This document shows positions 26,401 through 41,300 of a stretch of DNA of 64,000 nt, in pieces. The position numbers and the translations under genes are program-made. The notes under the pieces are model-generated. The model was not told the DNA's origin. It was given only the letters and a program-made list of their open reading frames with translations, and made no database searches. The DNA comes from Eledone cirrhosa (Eukaryota). Positions within the stretch are counted from its first letter, which is position 1; every line of letters begins with the position of its first letter. Where the stretch lies: assembly GCA_964016885.1 (NCBI GenBank), contig OZ024745.1:47802001-47866000 (forward strand), given 5' to 3'.

Positions 26401-29400
26401 TTCTCTTGCAAGGTATAGCTTTCCTCTAGCTGATGACAACAGTACTAGAAACGTTCTCTTGCAAGGTATAGCTTTCCTCTCCCTCATGACAACAGTACTA
26501 GAAACGTTCTCTTGCAAGGTATAGCTTTCCTCTACCTCATGACAACAGTACTAGAAACATTCTCTTGCAAGGTATAGCTTTCCTCTACCTCATGACAACA
26601 GTACTAGAAACGTTCTCTTGCAAGGTACAGCTTTCCTCTACCTCATGACAACAGTACTAGAAACGTTCTCTTGCAAGGTATAGCTTTCCTCTACCTCATG
26701 ACAACAGTACTAGAAACGTTCTCTTGCAAAGTATAGCTTTCCTGTAGCTCTTGACAACAGTACTAGAAACGTTCTCTTGTAAGGTATAGCTTTCCTCTAG
26801 CTGATGACAACAGTACTAGAAACGTTCTCTTGCAGGGTATAGCTTTCCTCTAGCTGATGACAACAGTACCAGAAACGTTCTCTTGCAAGGTATAGCTTTC
26901 CTCTACCTCATGACAACAGTACTAGAAACGTTCTCTTGCAAGGTATAGCTTTCCTCTAGCTGATGACAACAGTACTAGAAACGTTCTCTTGCAAGGTATA
27001 GCTTTCTTCTACCTCATGACAACAGTACTAGAAACGTTCTCTTGCAAGGTATAGCTTTCCTCTACCTCATGACAACAGTACTAGAAACGTTCTCTTGGAA
27101 GATATAGCTTTCCTCTAGCTCATGACAACAAAACTAGAAACGTTCTCTTACAAGGTATAGCTTTCCTCTACCTCATGACAACAGTACTAGAAACGTTCTC
27201 TTGCAAGGTATAGCTTTCTTCTACCTCATGACAACAATACTAGAAACGTTCTCTTGCAAGGTATAGCTTTCCTCTAGCTCATGACAACAGTACTGGAAAC
27301 GTTCTCTTGCAAGGTATAGCTTTCCTCTAGCTGATGACAAGAATACTAGAAACGTTCTCTTGCAAGGTATAGCTTTCCTCTAGCTAATGACAACAGTACT
27401 AGAAACGTTCTCTTGCAAGGTATAGCTTTCCTCTAGCTGATGACAACAGTACTAGAAACGTTCTCTTGCAAGGTATAGCTTTCGTCTAGCTCATGACAAC
27501 AGTACTAGAAACGTTCTCTTGCAAGGTATAGCTTTCCTCTACCTCATGACAACAGTACTAGAAACGTTCTCTTGCAAGGTATAGCTTTCCTCTAGCTGAT
27601 GACAACAAAACTAGAAATCTTCTCTTGCAAGGTATAGCTTTCCTCTAGCTCATGACAACAGTACTAGAAACGTTCTCTTGCCAGGTATAGCTTTCCTCTA
27701 CCTCATGACAACAGTACTAGAAACGTTCTCTTGCAAGGTATAGCTTTCCTCTAGCTGATGACAACAGTACTAGAAACGTTCTCTTGCAAGGTATAGCTTT
27801 CCTCTACCTCATGACAACAGTACTAGAAACGTTTTCTTGCAAGGTATAGCTTTCCTCTAGCTCATGACAACAGTACTAGAAACGTTCTCTTGCAAGGTAT
27901 AGCTTTCCTCTACCTCATGACAACAGTACTAGAAACGTTCTCTTGCAATGTATAGCTTTCCTCTAGCTAATGACAACAGTACTAGAAACGTTCTCTTGCA
28001 AGGTATAGCTTTCCTCTACCTCATGACAACAGTACTAGAAACGTTCTCTTGCAAGGTATAGCTTTCCTCTACCTCATGACAACAGTACTAGAAACGTTCT
28101 CTTGCAAGGTATAGCTTTCCTCTACCTCATGACAACAGTACTAGAAACGTTCTCTTGCAAGGTATAGCTTTCCTCTAGCTGATGACAACAGTACTAGAAA
28201 CGTTCTCTTGCAAGGTATAGCTTTCCTCTCCCTCATGACAACAGTACTAGAAACGTTCTCTTGCAAGGTATAGCTTTCCCCTACCTCAAGACAACAGTAC
28301 TAGAAACGTTCTCTTGCAAGGTATAGCTTTCCTCTACCTCATGACAACAGTACTAGAAACGTTCTCTTGCAAGGTACAGCTTTCCTCTACCTCCTGACAA
28401 CAGTACTAGAAACGTTCTCTTGCAAGGTATAGCTTTCCTCTACCTCATGACAACAGTACTAGAAACGTTCTCTTGCAAGGTATAGCTTTCCTCTAGCTGA
28501 TGACAACAGTACTAGAAACGTTCTCTTGCAGGGTATAGCTTTCCTCTAGCTGATGACAACAGTACCAGAAACGTTCTCTTGCAAGTTATAGCTTTCCTCT
28601 ACCTCATGACAACAGTACTAGAAACGTTCTCTTGCAACGTATAGCTTTCCTCTAGCTGATGACAACAGTACTAGAAACGTTCTCTTGCAAGGTATAGCTT
28701 TCCTCTACCTCATGACAACAGTACTAGAAACGTTCTCTTGCAAGTTATAGCTTTCCTCTAGCTGATGACAACAGTACTAGAAACGTTCTCTTGCAAGGTA
28801 TAGCTTTCCTCTACCTCATCACAACAGTACTAGAAACGATCTCTTGCAAGGTATAGCTTTCCTCTAGCTGATGACAACAGTACTAGAAACGTTCTCTTGC
28901 AAGTTATAGCTTTCCTCTACCTCATCACAACAGTACTAGAAACGTTCTCTTGCAAGGTATAGCTTTCTTCTACCTCATGACAACAGTACTAGAAACGTTC
29001 TCTTGCAAGGTATAGCTTTCCTCTCCCTCATGACAACAGTACTAGAAACGTTCTCTTGCAAGGTATAGCTTTCCTCTAGCTCATGACAACAATACTAGAA
29101 ACGTTCTCTTGCAAGGTATAGCTTTCCTCTACCTCATGACAACAGTACTAGAAACGTTCTCTTGCAAGGTATAGCTTTCCTCTACCTCATGACAACAATA
29201 CTAGAAACGTTCTCTTGCAAGGTATAGCTTTCCTCTAGCTCATGACAACAGTACTAGAAACGTTCTCTTGCAAGGTATAGCTTTCCTCTAGCTGATGACA
29301 AGAATACTAGAAACGTTCTCTTGCAAGGTATAGCTTTCCTCTAGCTAATGACAACAGTACTAGAAACGTTCTCTTGCAAGGTATAGCTTTCCTCTAGCTG

Positions 29401-32400
29401 ATGACAACAGTACTAGAAACGTTCTCTTGCAAGGTATAGCTTTCGTCTAGCTCATGACAGCAGTACTAGAAACGTTCTCTTGCAAGGTATAGCTTTCCTC
29501 TACCTCATGACAACAGTACTAGAAACGTTCTCTTGCAAGGTATAGCTTTCCTCTAGCTGATGACAACAGTACTAGAAATCTTCTCTTGCAAGGTATAGCT
29601 TTCCTCTAGCTCATGACAACAGTACTAGATACGTTCTCTTGCAAGGTATAGCTTTCCTCTACCTCATGACAGCAGTACTAGAAACGTTCTCTTGCAAGGT
29701 ATAGCTTTCCTCTAGCTGATGACAACAGTACTAGAAACGTTCTCTTGCAAGGTATAGCTTTCCTCTACCTCATGACAACAGTACTAGAAACGTTTTCTTG
29801 CAAGGTATAGCTTTCCTCTAGCTCATGACAACAGTACTAGAAACGTTCTCTTGCAAGGTATAGCTTTCCTCTACCTCATGACAACAGTACTAGAAACGTT
29901 CTCTTGCAAGGTACAGCTTTCCTCTACCTCATGACAACAGTACTAGAAACGTTCTCTTGCAAGGTATAGCTTTCCTCTACCTCATGACAACAGTACCAGA
30001 AACGTTCTCTTGCAAGGTATAGCTTTCCTGTAGCTCATGACAACAGTACTAGAAACGTTCTCTTGTAAGGTATAGCTTTCCTCTAGCTGATGACAACAGT
30101 ACTAGAAACGTTCTCTTGCAAGGTATAGCTTTCCTCTAGCTGATGACAACAGTACCAGAAACGTTCTCTTGCAAGGTATAGCTTTCCTCTACCTCATGAC
30201 AACAGTACTAGAAACGTTCTCTTGCAAGGTATAGCTTTCCACTAGCTGATGACAACAGTACTAGAAACGTTCTCTTGCAAGTTATAGCTTTCCTCTACCT
30301 CATGACAACAGTACTAGAAACGTTCTCTTGCAAGTCATAGCTTTCCTCTAGCTGATGACAACAGTACTAGAAACGTTCTCTTGCAAGGTATAGCTTTCCT
30401 CTACCTCATCACAACACTACTAGAAACGTTCTCTTGCAAGGTATAGCTTTCCTCTAGCTGATGACAACAGTACTAGAAACGTTCTTTTGCAAGTTATAGC
30501 TTTCCTCTACCTCATCACAACAGTACTAGAAACGTTCTCTTGCAAGGTATAGCTTTCCTCTACCTCATGACAACAGTACTAGAAACGTTCTCTTGCAAGG
30601 TATAGCTTTCCTCTACCTCATGACAACAGTACTAGAAACGTTCTCTTGCAAGGTATAGCTTTCCTCTAGCTCATGACAACAATACTAGAAACGTTCTCTT
30701 GCAAGGTATAGCTTTCCTCTAGCTGATGACAACAGTACTAGAAACGTTCTCTTGCAAGGTATAGCTTTCGTCTAGCTCATGACAACAGTACTAGAAACGT
30801 TCTCTTGCAAGGTATAGCTTTCCTCTAGCTCATGACAACAGTAGTAGAAACGTTCTCTTGCAAAGTATAGCTTTCCTCTACCTCATGACAACGGTACTAG
30901 AAACGTTCTCTTGCAAGGTATAGCTTTCCTCTAGCTGATGACAACAGTACTAGAAACGTTCTCTTGCAAGGTATAGCTCTCCTCTAGCTCATGACAACAG
31001 TACTAGAAACGTTCTCTTGCAAGGTATAGCTTTCCTCTAGCTCATGACAACAGTACTAGAAACGTTCTCTTGCAAGGTATAGCTTTCCTCTACCTCATGA
31101 CAACAGTACTAGAAACGTTCTCTTGCAAAGTATAGCTTTCCTCTAGCTCATGACAACAGTACTAGAAACGTTCTCTTGCAAGCTATAGCTTTCCTCTACC
31201 TCACGACAACAGTACTAGAAACGTTCTCTTGCAAGGTATAGCTTTCCTCTAGCTCATGACAACAATACTAGAAACGTTCTCATACAAGGTATAGCTTTCC
31301 TCTACCTCATGACAACAGTACTAGAAACGTTCTCTTGCAAGGTATAGCTTTCCTCTAACTCATGACAACAGTACTAGAAACGTTCTCTTGCAAGGTATAG
31401 CTTTCCTCTACCTCATGACAACAGTACTAGAAACGTTCTCTTGCAAGGTATAGCTTTCCTCTAGCTGACGACAACAGTACTAGAAACGTTCTCTTGCCAG
31501 GTATAGCTTTCCTCTCCCTCATGACAACAGTACTAGAAACGTTCTCTTGCTTGCAAGGTATAGCTTTCCTCTACCTCATGACAACAGTACTAGAAACGTT
31601 CTCTTGCAAGGTATAGCTTTCCTCTAGCTGATGACAACAGTACTAGAAACCTTCTCTTGCAAGGTATAGCTTTCCTCTAGCTCATGACAACAGTAATAGA
31701 AACGTTCTCTTGCAAGGTATAGCTTTCCTCTACCTCATGACAACAGTACTAGAAACGTTCTCTTGCAAGGTATAGCTTTCCTCTAGCTGATGACAACAGT
31801 ACTAGAAACGTTCTCTTGCAAGGTATAGCTTTCCTCTACCTCATGACAACAGTACTAGAAACGTTCTCCTTCAAGGTATAGCTTTCCTCTAGCTCATGAC
31901 AACAGTACTAGAAACGTTCTCTTGCAAGGTATAGCTTTCCTCTACCTCATGACAACAGTACTAGAAACGTTCTCTTGCAAGGTATAGCTTTCCTCTAGCT
32001 CATGACAACAGTACTAGAAACGTTCTCTTGCAAGGTATAGCTTTCATGTAGCTCATGACAACAGTACTAGAAACGTTCTCTTGCAAGGTATAGCTTTCCT
32101 CTAGCTGATGACAACAGTACTAGAAACGTTCTCTTGCAATGTATAGCTTTCCTCTAGCTGATGACAACAGTACTAGAAACGTTCTCTTGCAAGGTATAGC
32201 TTTCCTCTACCTCATGACAACAGTACTAGAAACGTTCTCTTGCAAGGTATAGCTTTCCTCTACCTCATGACAACAGTACTAGAAACGTTCTCTTGCAAGG
32301 TATAGCTTTCCTCTACCTCATGACAACAGTACTAGAAACGTTCTTTTGCAAGGTATAGCTTTCCTCTAGCTGATGACAACAGTACTAGAAACGTTCTCTT

Positions 32401-35400
32401 GCAAGGTATAGCTTTCCTCTCCCTCATGACAACAGTACTAGAAACGTTTTCTTGCAAGGTATAGCTTTCCTCTACCTCATGACAACAGTACTAGAAACGT
32501 TCTCTTGCAAGGTATAGCTTTCCTCTACCTCATGACAACATTACTAGAAACGTTCTATTGCAAGGTATAGCTTTCCTCTACCTCATGACAACAGTACTAG
32601 AAACGTTCTCTTGCAAGGTATAGCTTTCCTGTAGCTCATGACAACAGTACTAGAAACGTTCTCTTGTAAGGTATAGCTTTCCTCTAGCTGATGACAACAG
32701 TACTAGAAACGTTCTCTTGCAAGTTATAGCTTTCCTCTAGCTGATGACAACAGTACTAGAAACGTTCTCTTGCAAGTTATAGCTTTCCTCTAGCTGATGA
32801 CAACAGTACTAGAAACGTTCTCTTGCAAGGTATAGCGTTCCTCTAGCTCATGACAACAGTACTAGAAACGTTCTCTTGCAAGGTATAGCTTTCCTCTAGC
32901 TCATGACAACAGTACTAGAAACGTTCTCTTGCAAGGTATAGCTTTCCTCTACCTCATGACAACAGTACTAGAAACGTTCTCTTGCAAGGTATAGCTTTCC
33001 TCTAGCTCATGCAACAGTACTAGAAACGTTCTCTTGCAAGGTATAGCTTTCCTCTACCTCATGACAACAGTACTAGAAACGTTCTCATGCAAGGTATAGC
33101 TTTCCTCTAGCTCATGACAACAGTACTAGAAACGTTCTCTTGCAAGGTATAGCTTTCCTGTAGCTCATGACAACAGTACTAGAAACGTTCTCTTGCAAGG
33201 TATAGCTTTCCTCTAGCTGATGACAACAGTACTAGAAACATTCTCTTGGAATATATAGCTTTCCTCTAGCTCATGACAACAGTACTAGAAACGTTCTCTT
33301 GCAAGGTATAGCTTTCCTCTAGCTCATGACAACAGTACTAGAAACGTTCTCTTGCAAGGTATAGCTTTCCTCTACCTCATGACAACAGTACTAGAAACGT
33401 TCTCTTGCAAGGTATAGCTTTCCTCTACCTCATGACAACAGTACTAGAAACGTTCTCTTGCAAGGTATAGCTTTCCTCTACCTCATGACAACAGTACTAG
33501 AAACGTTCTTTGCAAGGTATAGCTTTCCTCTACCTCATGACAACAGTACTAGAAACGTTCTCTAGCAAGGTATAGCTTTCCTCTAGCTGATGACAACAGT
33601 ACTAGAAACGTTCTCTTGCAAGGTATAGCTTTCCTCTCCCTCATGACAACAGTACTAGAAACGTTCTCTTGCAAGGTATAGCTTTCCCCTACCTCATGAC
33701 AACAGTACTAGAAACGTTCTCTTGCAAGGTATAGCTTTCCTCTACCTCATGACAATAGTACTAGAAACTTTCTCTTGCAAGGTACAGCTTTCCTCTACCT
33801 CATGACCACAGTACTAGAAACGTTCTCTTGCAAGGTATAGCTTTCCTCTACCTCATGACAACAGTACTAGAAACGTTCTCTTGCAAGGTATAGCTTTCCT
33901 GTAGCTCATGACAACAGTACTAGAAACGTTCTCTTGTAAGGTATAGCTTTCCTCTAGCTGATGACAACAGTACTAGAAACGTTCTCTTGCAGGGTATAGC
34001 TTTCCTCTAGCTGATGACAACAGTACCAGAAACGTTCTCTTGCAAGGTATAGCTTTCCTCTACCTCATGACAACAGTACTAGAAACTTTCTCTTGCAAGG
34101 TATAGCTTTCCTCTAGCTGATGACAACAGTACTAGAAACGTTCTCTTGCAAGGTATAGCTTTCCTCTACCTCATGACAACAGTACTAGAAACGTTCTCTT
34201 GCAAGTTATAGCTTTCCTCTAGCTGATGACAACAGTACTAGAAACGTTCTCTTGCAAGGTATAGCTTTCCTCTACCTCATCACAACAGTACTAGAAACGT
34301 TCTCTTGCAAGGTATAGCTTTCCTCTAGCTGATGACAACAGTACTAGAAACGTTCTCTTGCAAGGTATAGCTTTCCTCTACCTCATCACAACAGTACTAG
34401 AAACGTTCTCTTGCAAGGTATAGCTTTCGTCTAGCTCATGACAACAGTACTAGAAACGTTCTCTTGCAAGTTATAGCTTTCCTCTAGCTGATGACAACAG
34501 TACTAGAAACGTTCTCTTGCAAGTTATAGCTTTCCTCTACCTCATCACAACAGTACTAGAAACGTTCTCTTGCAAGGTATAGCTTTCGTCTAGCTCATGA
34601 CAACAGTACTAGAAACGTTCTCTTGCAAGGTATAGCTTTCCTCTACCTCATGACAACAGTACTAGAAACGTTCTCTTGCAAGGTATAGCTTTCCTCTAGC
34701 TGATGACAACAGTACTAGAAACGTTCTCTTGCAAGGTATAGCTTTCCTCTACCTCATGACAACAGTACTAGAAACGTTCTCTTGCAAGTTATAGCTTTCC
34801 TCTAGCTGATGACAACAGTACTAGAAACGTTCTCTTGAAAGGTATAGCTTTCCTCTAGCTGATGACAACAGTACTAGAAACGTTCTCTTGCAAGGTATAG
34901 CTTTCCTCTACCTCATGACAACAGTACTAGAAACGTTTTCTTGCAAGGTATAGCTTTCCTCTAGCTCATGACAACAGTACTAGAAACGTTCTCTTGCAAT
35001 GTATAGCTTTCCTCTAGCTCATGACAACAGTACTAGAAACGTTCTCTTGCAAGGTATAGCTTTCCTCTAGCTGATGACAACAGTACTAGAAACGTTCTCT
35101 TGCAAGGTATAGCTTTCCTCTATCTCATGACAACAGTACTAGAAACGTTCTCTTGCAAGGTATAGCTTTCCTGTAGCTCATGACAACAGTACTAGAAACG
35201 TTCTCTTGTAAGGTATAGCTTTCCTCTACCTCATGACAACAGTACTAGAAACGTTCTCTTGCAAGGTATAGCTTTCCTGTAGCTCATGACAACAGTACTA
35301 GAAACGTTCTCTTGTAAGGTATAGCTTTCCTCTAGCTGATGACAACAATACTAGAAACGTTCTCTTGCAAGGTATAGCTTTCCTCTAGCTGATGACAACA

Positions 35401-35949
35401 GTACTAGAAACGTTCTCTTGCAAGGTATAGCTTTCCTCTACCTCATGACAACAGTACTAGAAACGTTCTCTTGCAAATTATAGCTTTCCTCTAGCTGATG
35501 ACAACAGTACTAGAAACGTTCTCTTGCAAGGTATAGCTTTCCTCTACCTCATCACAACAGTACTAGAAACGTTCTCTTGCAAGGTATAGCTTTCCTCTAG
35601 CTGATGACAACAGTACTAGAAACGTTCTCTTGCAAGGTATAGCTTTCCTCTACCTCATGACAACAGTACTAGAAACGTTCTCTTGCAAGTTATAGCTTTC
35701 CTCTAGCTGATGACAACAGTACTAGAAACGTTTTCTTGCAAGGTATAGCTTTCCTCTACCTCATCACAACAGTACTAGAAACGTTCTCTTGCAAGGTATA
35801 GCTTTCCTCTACCTCATGACAACAGTACTAGAAACGTTCTCTTGCAAGTTATAGCTTTCCTCTAGCTGATGACAACAGTACTAGAAACGTTCTCTTGCAA
35901 GGTATAGCTTTCCTCTAGCTGATGACAACAGTACTAGAAACGTTCTCTT

Positions 35950-38900
35950 GCAAGGTATAGCTTTCCTCTAGCTGATGACAACAGTACTAGAAACGTTCTC
36001 TTGCAAGTTATAGCTTTCCTCTACCTCATCACAACAGTACTAGAAACGTTCTCTTGCAAGGTATAGCTTTCTTCTACCTCATGACAACAGTACTAGAAAC
36101 GTTCTCTTGCAAGGTATAGCTTTCCTCTAGCTCATGACAACAATACTAGAAACGTTCTCTTGCAAGGTATAGCTTTCCTCTAGCTGATGACAACAGTACT
36201 AGAAACGTTCTCTTGCAAGGTATAGCTTTCGTCTAGCTCATGACAACAGTACTAGAAACGTTCTCTTACAAGGTATAGCTTTCCTCTAGCTCATGACAAC
36301 AGCAGTAGAAACGTTCTCTTGCAAAGTATAGCTTTCCTCTACCTCATGACAACGGTACTAGAAACGTTCTCTTGCAAGGTATAGCTTTCCTCTAGCTGAT
36401 GACAACAGTACTAGAAACGTTCTCTTGCAAGGTATAGCTCTCCTCTAGCTCATGACAACAGTACTAGAAACGTTCTCTTGCAAGGTATAGCTTTCCTCTA
36501 GCTCATGACAACAGTACTAGAAACGTTCTCTTGCAAGGTATAGCTTTCCTCTACCTCATGACAACAGTACTAGAAACGTTCTCTTGCAAGGTATAGCTTT
36601 CCTCTAGCTCATGACAACAGTACTAGAAACGTTCTCTTGCAAGGTATAGCTTTCCTCTACCTCATGACAACAGTACTAGAAACGTTCTCTTGCAAGGTAT
36701 AGCTTTCCTCTAGCTCATGACAACAATACTAGAAACGTTCTCATGCAAGGTATAGCTTTCCTCTACCTCATGACAACAGTACTAGAAACGTTCTCTTGCA
36801 AGGTATAGCTTTCATCTAACTCTTGACAACAGTACTAGAAACGTTCTCTTGCAAGGTATAGCTTTCCTCTACCTCATGACAACAGTACTAGAAACGTTCT
36901 CTTGCAAGGTATAGCTTTCCTCTAGCTGACGACAACAGTACTAGAAACGTTCTCTTGCAAGGTATAGCTTTCATCTAGCTCATGACAACAGTACTAGAAA
37001 CGTTCTCTTGCAAGTTATAGCTTTCCTCTACCTCATGACAACAATACTAGAAACGTTCTCATGCAAGGTATAGCTTTCCTCTAGCTCATGACAACAATAC
37101 TAGAAACGTTCTCATGCAAGGTATAGCTTTCCTCTAGCTCATGACAACAATACTAGAAACGTTCTCATGCAAGGTATAGCTTTCCTCTAGCTCATGACAA
37201 CAATACTAGAAACGTTCTCTTGCAAGGTATAGCTTTCCTCTAGCTCATGACAACAATACTAGAAACGTTCTCATGCAAGGTATAGCTTTCCTCTAGCTGA
37301 CGACAACAGTACTAGAAACGTTCTCTTGCAAGGTATAGCTTTCATCTAGCTCATGACAACAGTACTAGAAACGTTCTCTTGCAAGGTATAGCTTTCCTCT
37401 ACCTCATGACAACAGTACTAGAAACGTTCTCTTGCAAGGTATAGCTTTCCTCTAGCTGACGACAACAGTACTAGAAACGTTCTCTTGCAAGGTATAGCTT
37501 TCATCTAGCTCATGACAACAGTACTAGAAACGTTCTCTTGCAAGGTATAGCTTTCCTCTACCTCATGACAACAGTACTAGAAACGTTCTCTTGCAAGGTA
37601 TAGCTTTCCTCTAGCTGACGACAACAGTACTAGAAACGTTCTCTTGCAAGGTATAGCTTTCATCTAGCTCATGACAACAGTACTAGAAACGTTCTCTTGC
37701 AAGGTATAGCTTTCCTCTACCTCATGACAACAGTACTAGAAACGTTCTCTTGCAAGGTATAGCTTTCCTCTAGCTGACGACAACAGTACTAGAAACGTTC
37801 TCTTGCAAGGTATAGCTTTCCTCTCCCTCATGACAACAGTACTAGAAACGTTCTCTTGCTTGCAAGGTATAGCTTTCCTCTACCTCATGACAACAGTACT
37901 AGAAACGTTCTCTTGCAAGGTATAGCTTTCCTCTACCTCATGACAACAGTACTAGAAACGTTCTCTTGCAAGGTATAGCTTTCCTCTAGCTCATGACAAC
38001 AGTACTAGAAACGTTCTCTTGCAAGGTATAGCTTTCCAGTAGCTCATGACAACAGTACTAGAAACGTTCTCTTGCAAGGTATAGCTTTCCTCTAGCTGAC
38101 GACAACAGTACTAGAAACGTTCTCTTGCAATTTATAGCTTTCCTCTAGCTGATGACAACAGTACTAGAAACGTTCTCTTGCAAGGTATAGCTTTCCTCTA
38201 CCTCATGACAACAGTACTAGAAACGTTCTCTTGCAAGGTATAGCTTTCCTCTACCTCATGACAACAGTACTAGAAACGTTCTCTTGCAAGGTATAGCTTT
38301 CTTGTACCTCATGACAACAGTACTAGAAACGTTCTCTTGCAAGGTATAGCTTTCCTCTAGCTCATGACAACAGTACTAGAAACGTTCTCTTGCAAGGTAT
38401 AGCTTTCCTCTACCTCATGACAACAGTACTAGAAACGTTCTCTTGCAAGGTATAGCTTTCATCTAGCTCATGACAACAGTACTAGAAACGTTCTCTTGCA
38501 AGATATAGCTTTCCTCTACCTCATGACAACAGTACTAGAAACGTTCTCTTGCAAGGTATAGCTTTCCTCTACCTCATGACAACAGTACTAGAAACGTTCT
38601 CTTGCAAGTTATAGCTTTCCTCTAGCTGATGACAACAGTACTAGAAACGTTCTCTTGCAAGGTATAGCTTTCCTCTACCTCATCACAACAGTACTAGAAA
38701 CGTTCTCTTGCAAGGTATAGCTTTCCTCTAGCTGATGACAACAGTACTAGAAACGTTCTCTTGCAAGGTATAGCTTTCCTCTACCTCATGACAACAGTAC
38801 TAGAAACGTTCTCTTGCAAGTTATAGCTTTCCTCTAGCTGATGACAACAGTACTAGAAACGTTCTATTGCAAGTTATAGCTTTCCTCTACCTCATCACAA

Positions 38901-41300
38901 CAGTACTAGAAACGTTCTCTTGCAAGGTATAGCTTTCTTCTACCTCATGACAACAGTACTAGAAACGTTCTCTTGCAAGGTATAGCTTTCCTCTCCCTCA
39001 TGACAACAGTACTAGAAACGTTCTCTTGCAAGGTATAGCTTTCCTCTAGCTCATGACAACAATACTAGAAACGTTCTCTTGCAAGGTATAGCTTTCCTCT
39101 AGCTGATGACAACAGTACTAGAAACGTTCTCTTGCAAGGTATAGCTTTCGTCTAGCTCATGACAACAGTACTAGAAACGTTCTCTTACAAGGTATAGCTT
39201 TCCTCTAGCTCATGACAACAGCAGTAGAAACGTTCTCTTGCAAAGTATAGCTTTCCTCTACCTCATGACAACGGTACTAGAAACGTTCTCTTGCAAGGTA
39301 TAGCTTTCCTCTAGCTGATGACAACAGTACTAGAAACGTTCTCTTGCAAGGTATAGCTCTCCTCTAGCTCATGACAACAGTACTAGAAACGTTCTCTTGC
39401 AAGGTATAGCTTTCCTCTAGCTCATGACAACAGTACTAGAAACGTTCTCTTGCAAGGTATAGCTTTCCTCTACCTCATGACAACAGTACTAGAAACGTTC
39501 TCTTGCAAGGTATAGCTTTCCTCTAGCTCATGACAACAGTACTAGAAACGTTCTCTTGCAAGGTATAGCTTTCCTCTACCTCATGACAACAGTACTAGAA
39601 ACGTTCTCTTGCAAGGTATAGCTTTCCTCTAGCTCATGACAACAATACTAGAAACGTTCTCATGCAAGGTATAGCTTTCCTCTACCTCATGACAACAGTA
39701 CTAGAAACGTTCTCTTGCAAGGTATAGCTTTCATCTAACTCATGACAACAGTACTAGAAACGTTCTCTTGCAAGGTATAGCTTTCCTCTACCTCATGACA
39801 ACAGTACTAGAAACGTTCTCTTGCAAGGTATAGCTTTCCTCTAGCTGACGACAACAGTACTAGAAACGTTCTCTTGCAAGGTATAGCTTTCATCTAGCTC
39901 ATGACAACAGTACTAGAAACGTTCTCTTGCAAGGTATAGCTTTCCTCTACCTCATGACAACAATACTAGAAACGTTCTCATGCAAGGTATAGCTTTCCTC
40001 TAGCTCATGACAACAATACTAGAAACGTTCTCATGCAAGGTATAGCTTTCCTCTAGCTGACGACAACAGTACTAGAAACGTTCTCTTGCAAGGTATAGCT
40101 TTCATCTAGCTCATGACAACAGTACTAGAAACGTTCTCTTGCAAGGTATAGCTTTCCTCTACCTCATGACAACAGTACTAGAAACGTTCTCTTGCAAGGT
40201 ATAGCTTTCCTCTAGCTGACGACAACAGTACTAGAAACGTTCTCTTGCAAGGTATAGCTTTCATCTAGCTCATGACAACAGTACTAGAAACGTTCTCTTG
40301 CAAGGTATAGCTTTCCTCTACCTCATGACAACAGTACTAGAAACGTTCTCTTGCAAGGTATAGCTTTCCTCTAGCTGACGACAACAGTACTAGAAACGTT
40401 CTCTTGCAAGGTATAGCTTTCATCTAGCTCATGACAACAGTACTAGAAACGTTCTCTTGCAAGGTATAGCTTTCCTCTACCTCATGACAACAGTACTAGA
40501 AACGTTCTCTTGCAAGGTATAGCTTTCCTCTAGCTGACGACAACAGTACTAGAAACGTTCTCTTGCAAGGTATAGCTTTCCTCTCCCTCATGACAACAGT
40601 ACTAGAAACGTTCTCTTGCTTGCAAGGTATAGCTTTCCTCTACCTCATGACAACAGTACTAGAAACGTTCTCTTGCAAGGTATAGCTTTCCTCTACCTCA
40701 TGACAACAGTACTAGAAACGTTCTCTTGCAAGGTATAGCTTTCCTCTAGCTCATGACAACAGTACTAGAAACGTTCTCTTGCAAGGTATAGCTTTCCTGT
40801 AGCTCATGACAACAGTACTAGAAACGTTCTCTTGCAAGGTATAGCTTTCCTCTAGCTGACGACAACAGTACTAGAAACGTTCTCTTGCAATTTATAGCTT
40901 TCCTCTAGCTGATGACAACAGTACTAGAAACGTTCTCTTGCAAGGTATAGCTTTCCTCTACCTCATGACAACAGTACTAGAAACGTTCTCTTGCAAGGTA
41001 TAGCTTTCCTCTACCTCATGACAACAGTACTAGAAACGTTCTCTTGCAAGGTATAGCTTTCTTGTACCTCATGACAACAGTACTAGAAACGTTCTCTTGC
41101 AAGGTATAGCTTTCCTCTAGCTCATGACAACAGTACTAGAAACGTTCTCTTGCAAGGTATAGCTTTCCTCTACCTCATGACAACAGTACTAGAAACGTTC
41201 TCTTGCAAGGTATAGCTTTCATCTAGCTCATGACAACAGTACTAGAAACGTTCTCTTGCAAGATATAGCTTTCCTCTACCTCATGACAACAGTACTAGAA
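35950..41300. repeat. Tandem duplication of a ~52-55-monomer unit, with a 3-monomer length difference between copies
   Basis: GCAGTAG at 36302/39221 (offset 2919 = 55x53+4) and TTGC insertion at 37856/40616 (offset 2760 = 52x53+4). The extra CAAT-type monomers lie at ~37080-37270. Confidence 0.85.
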
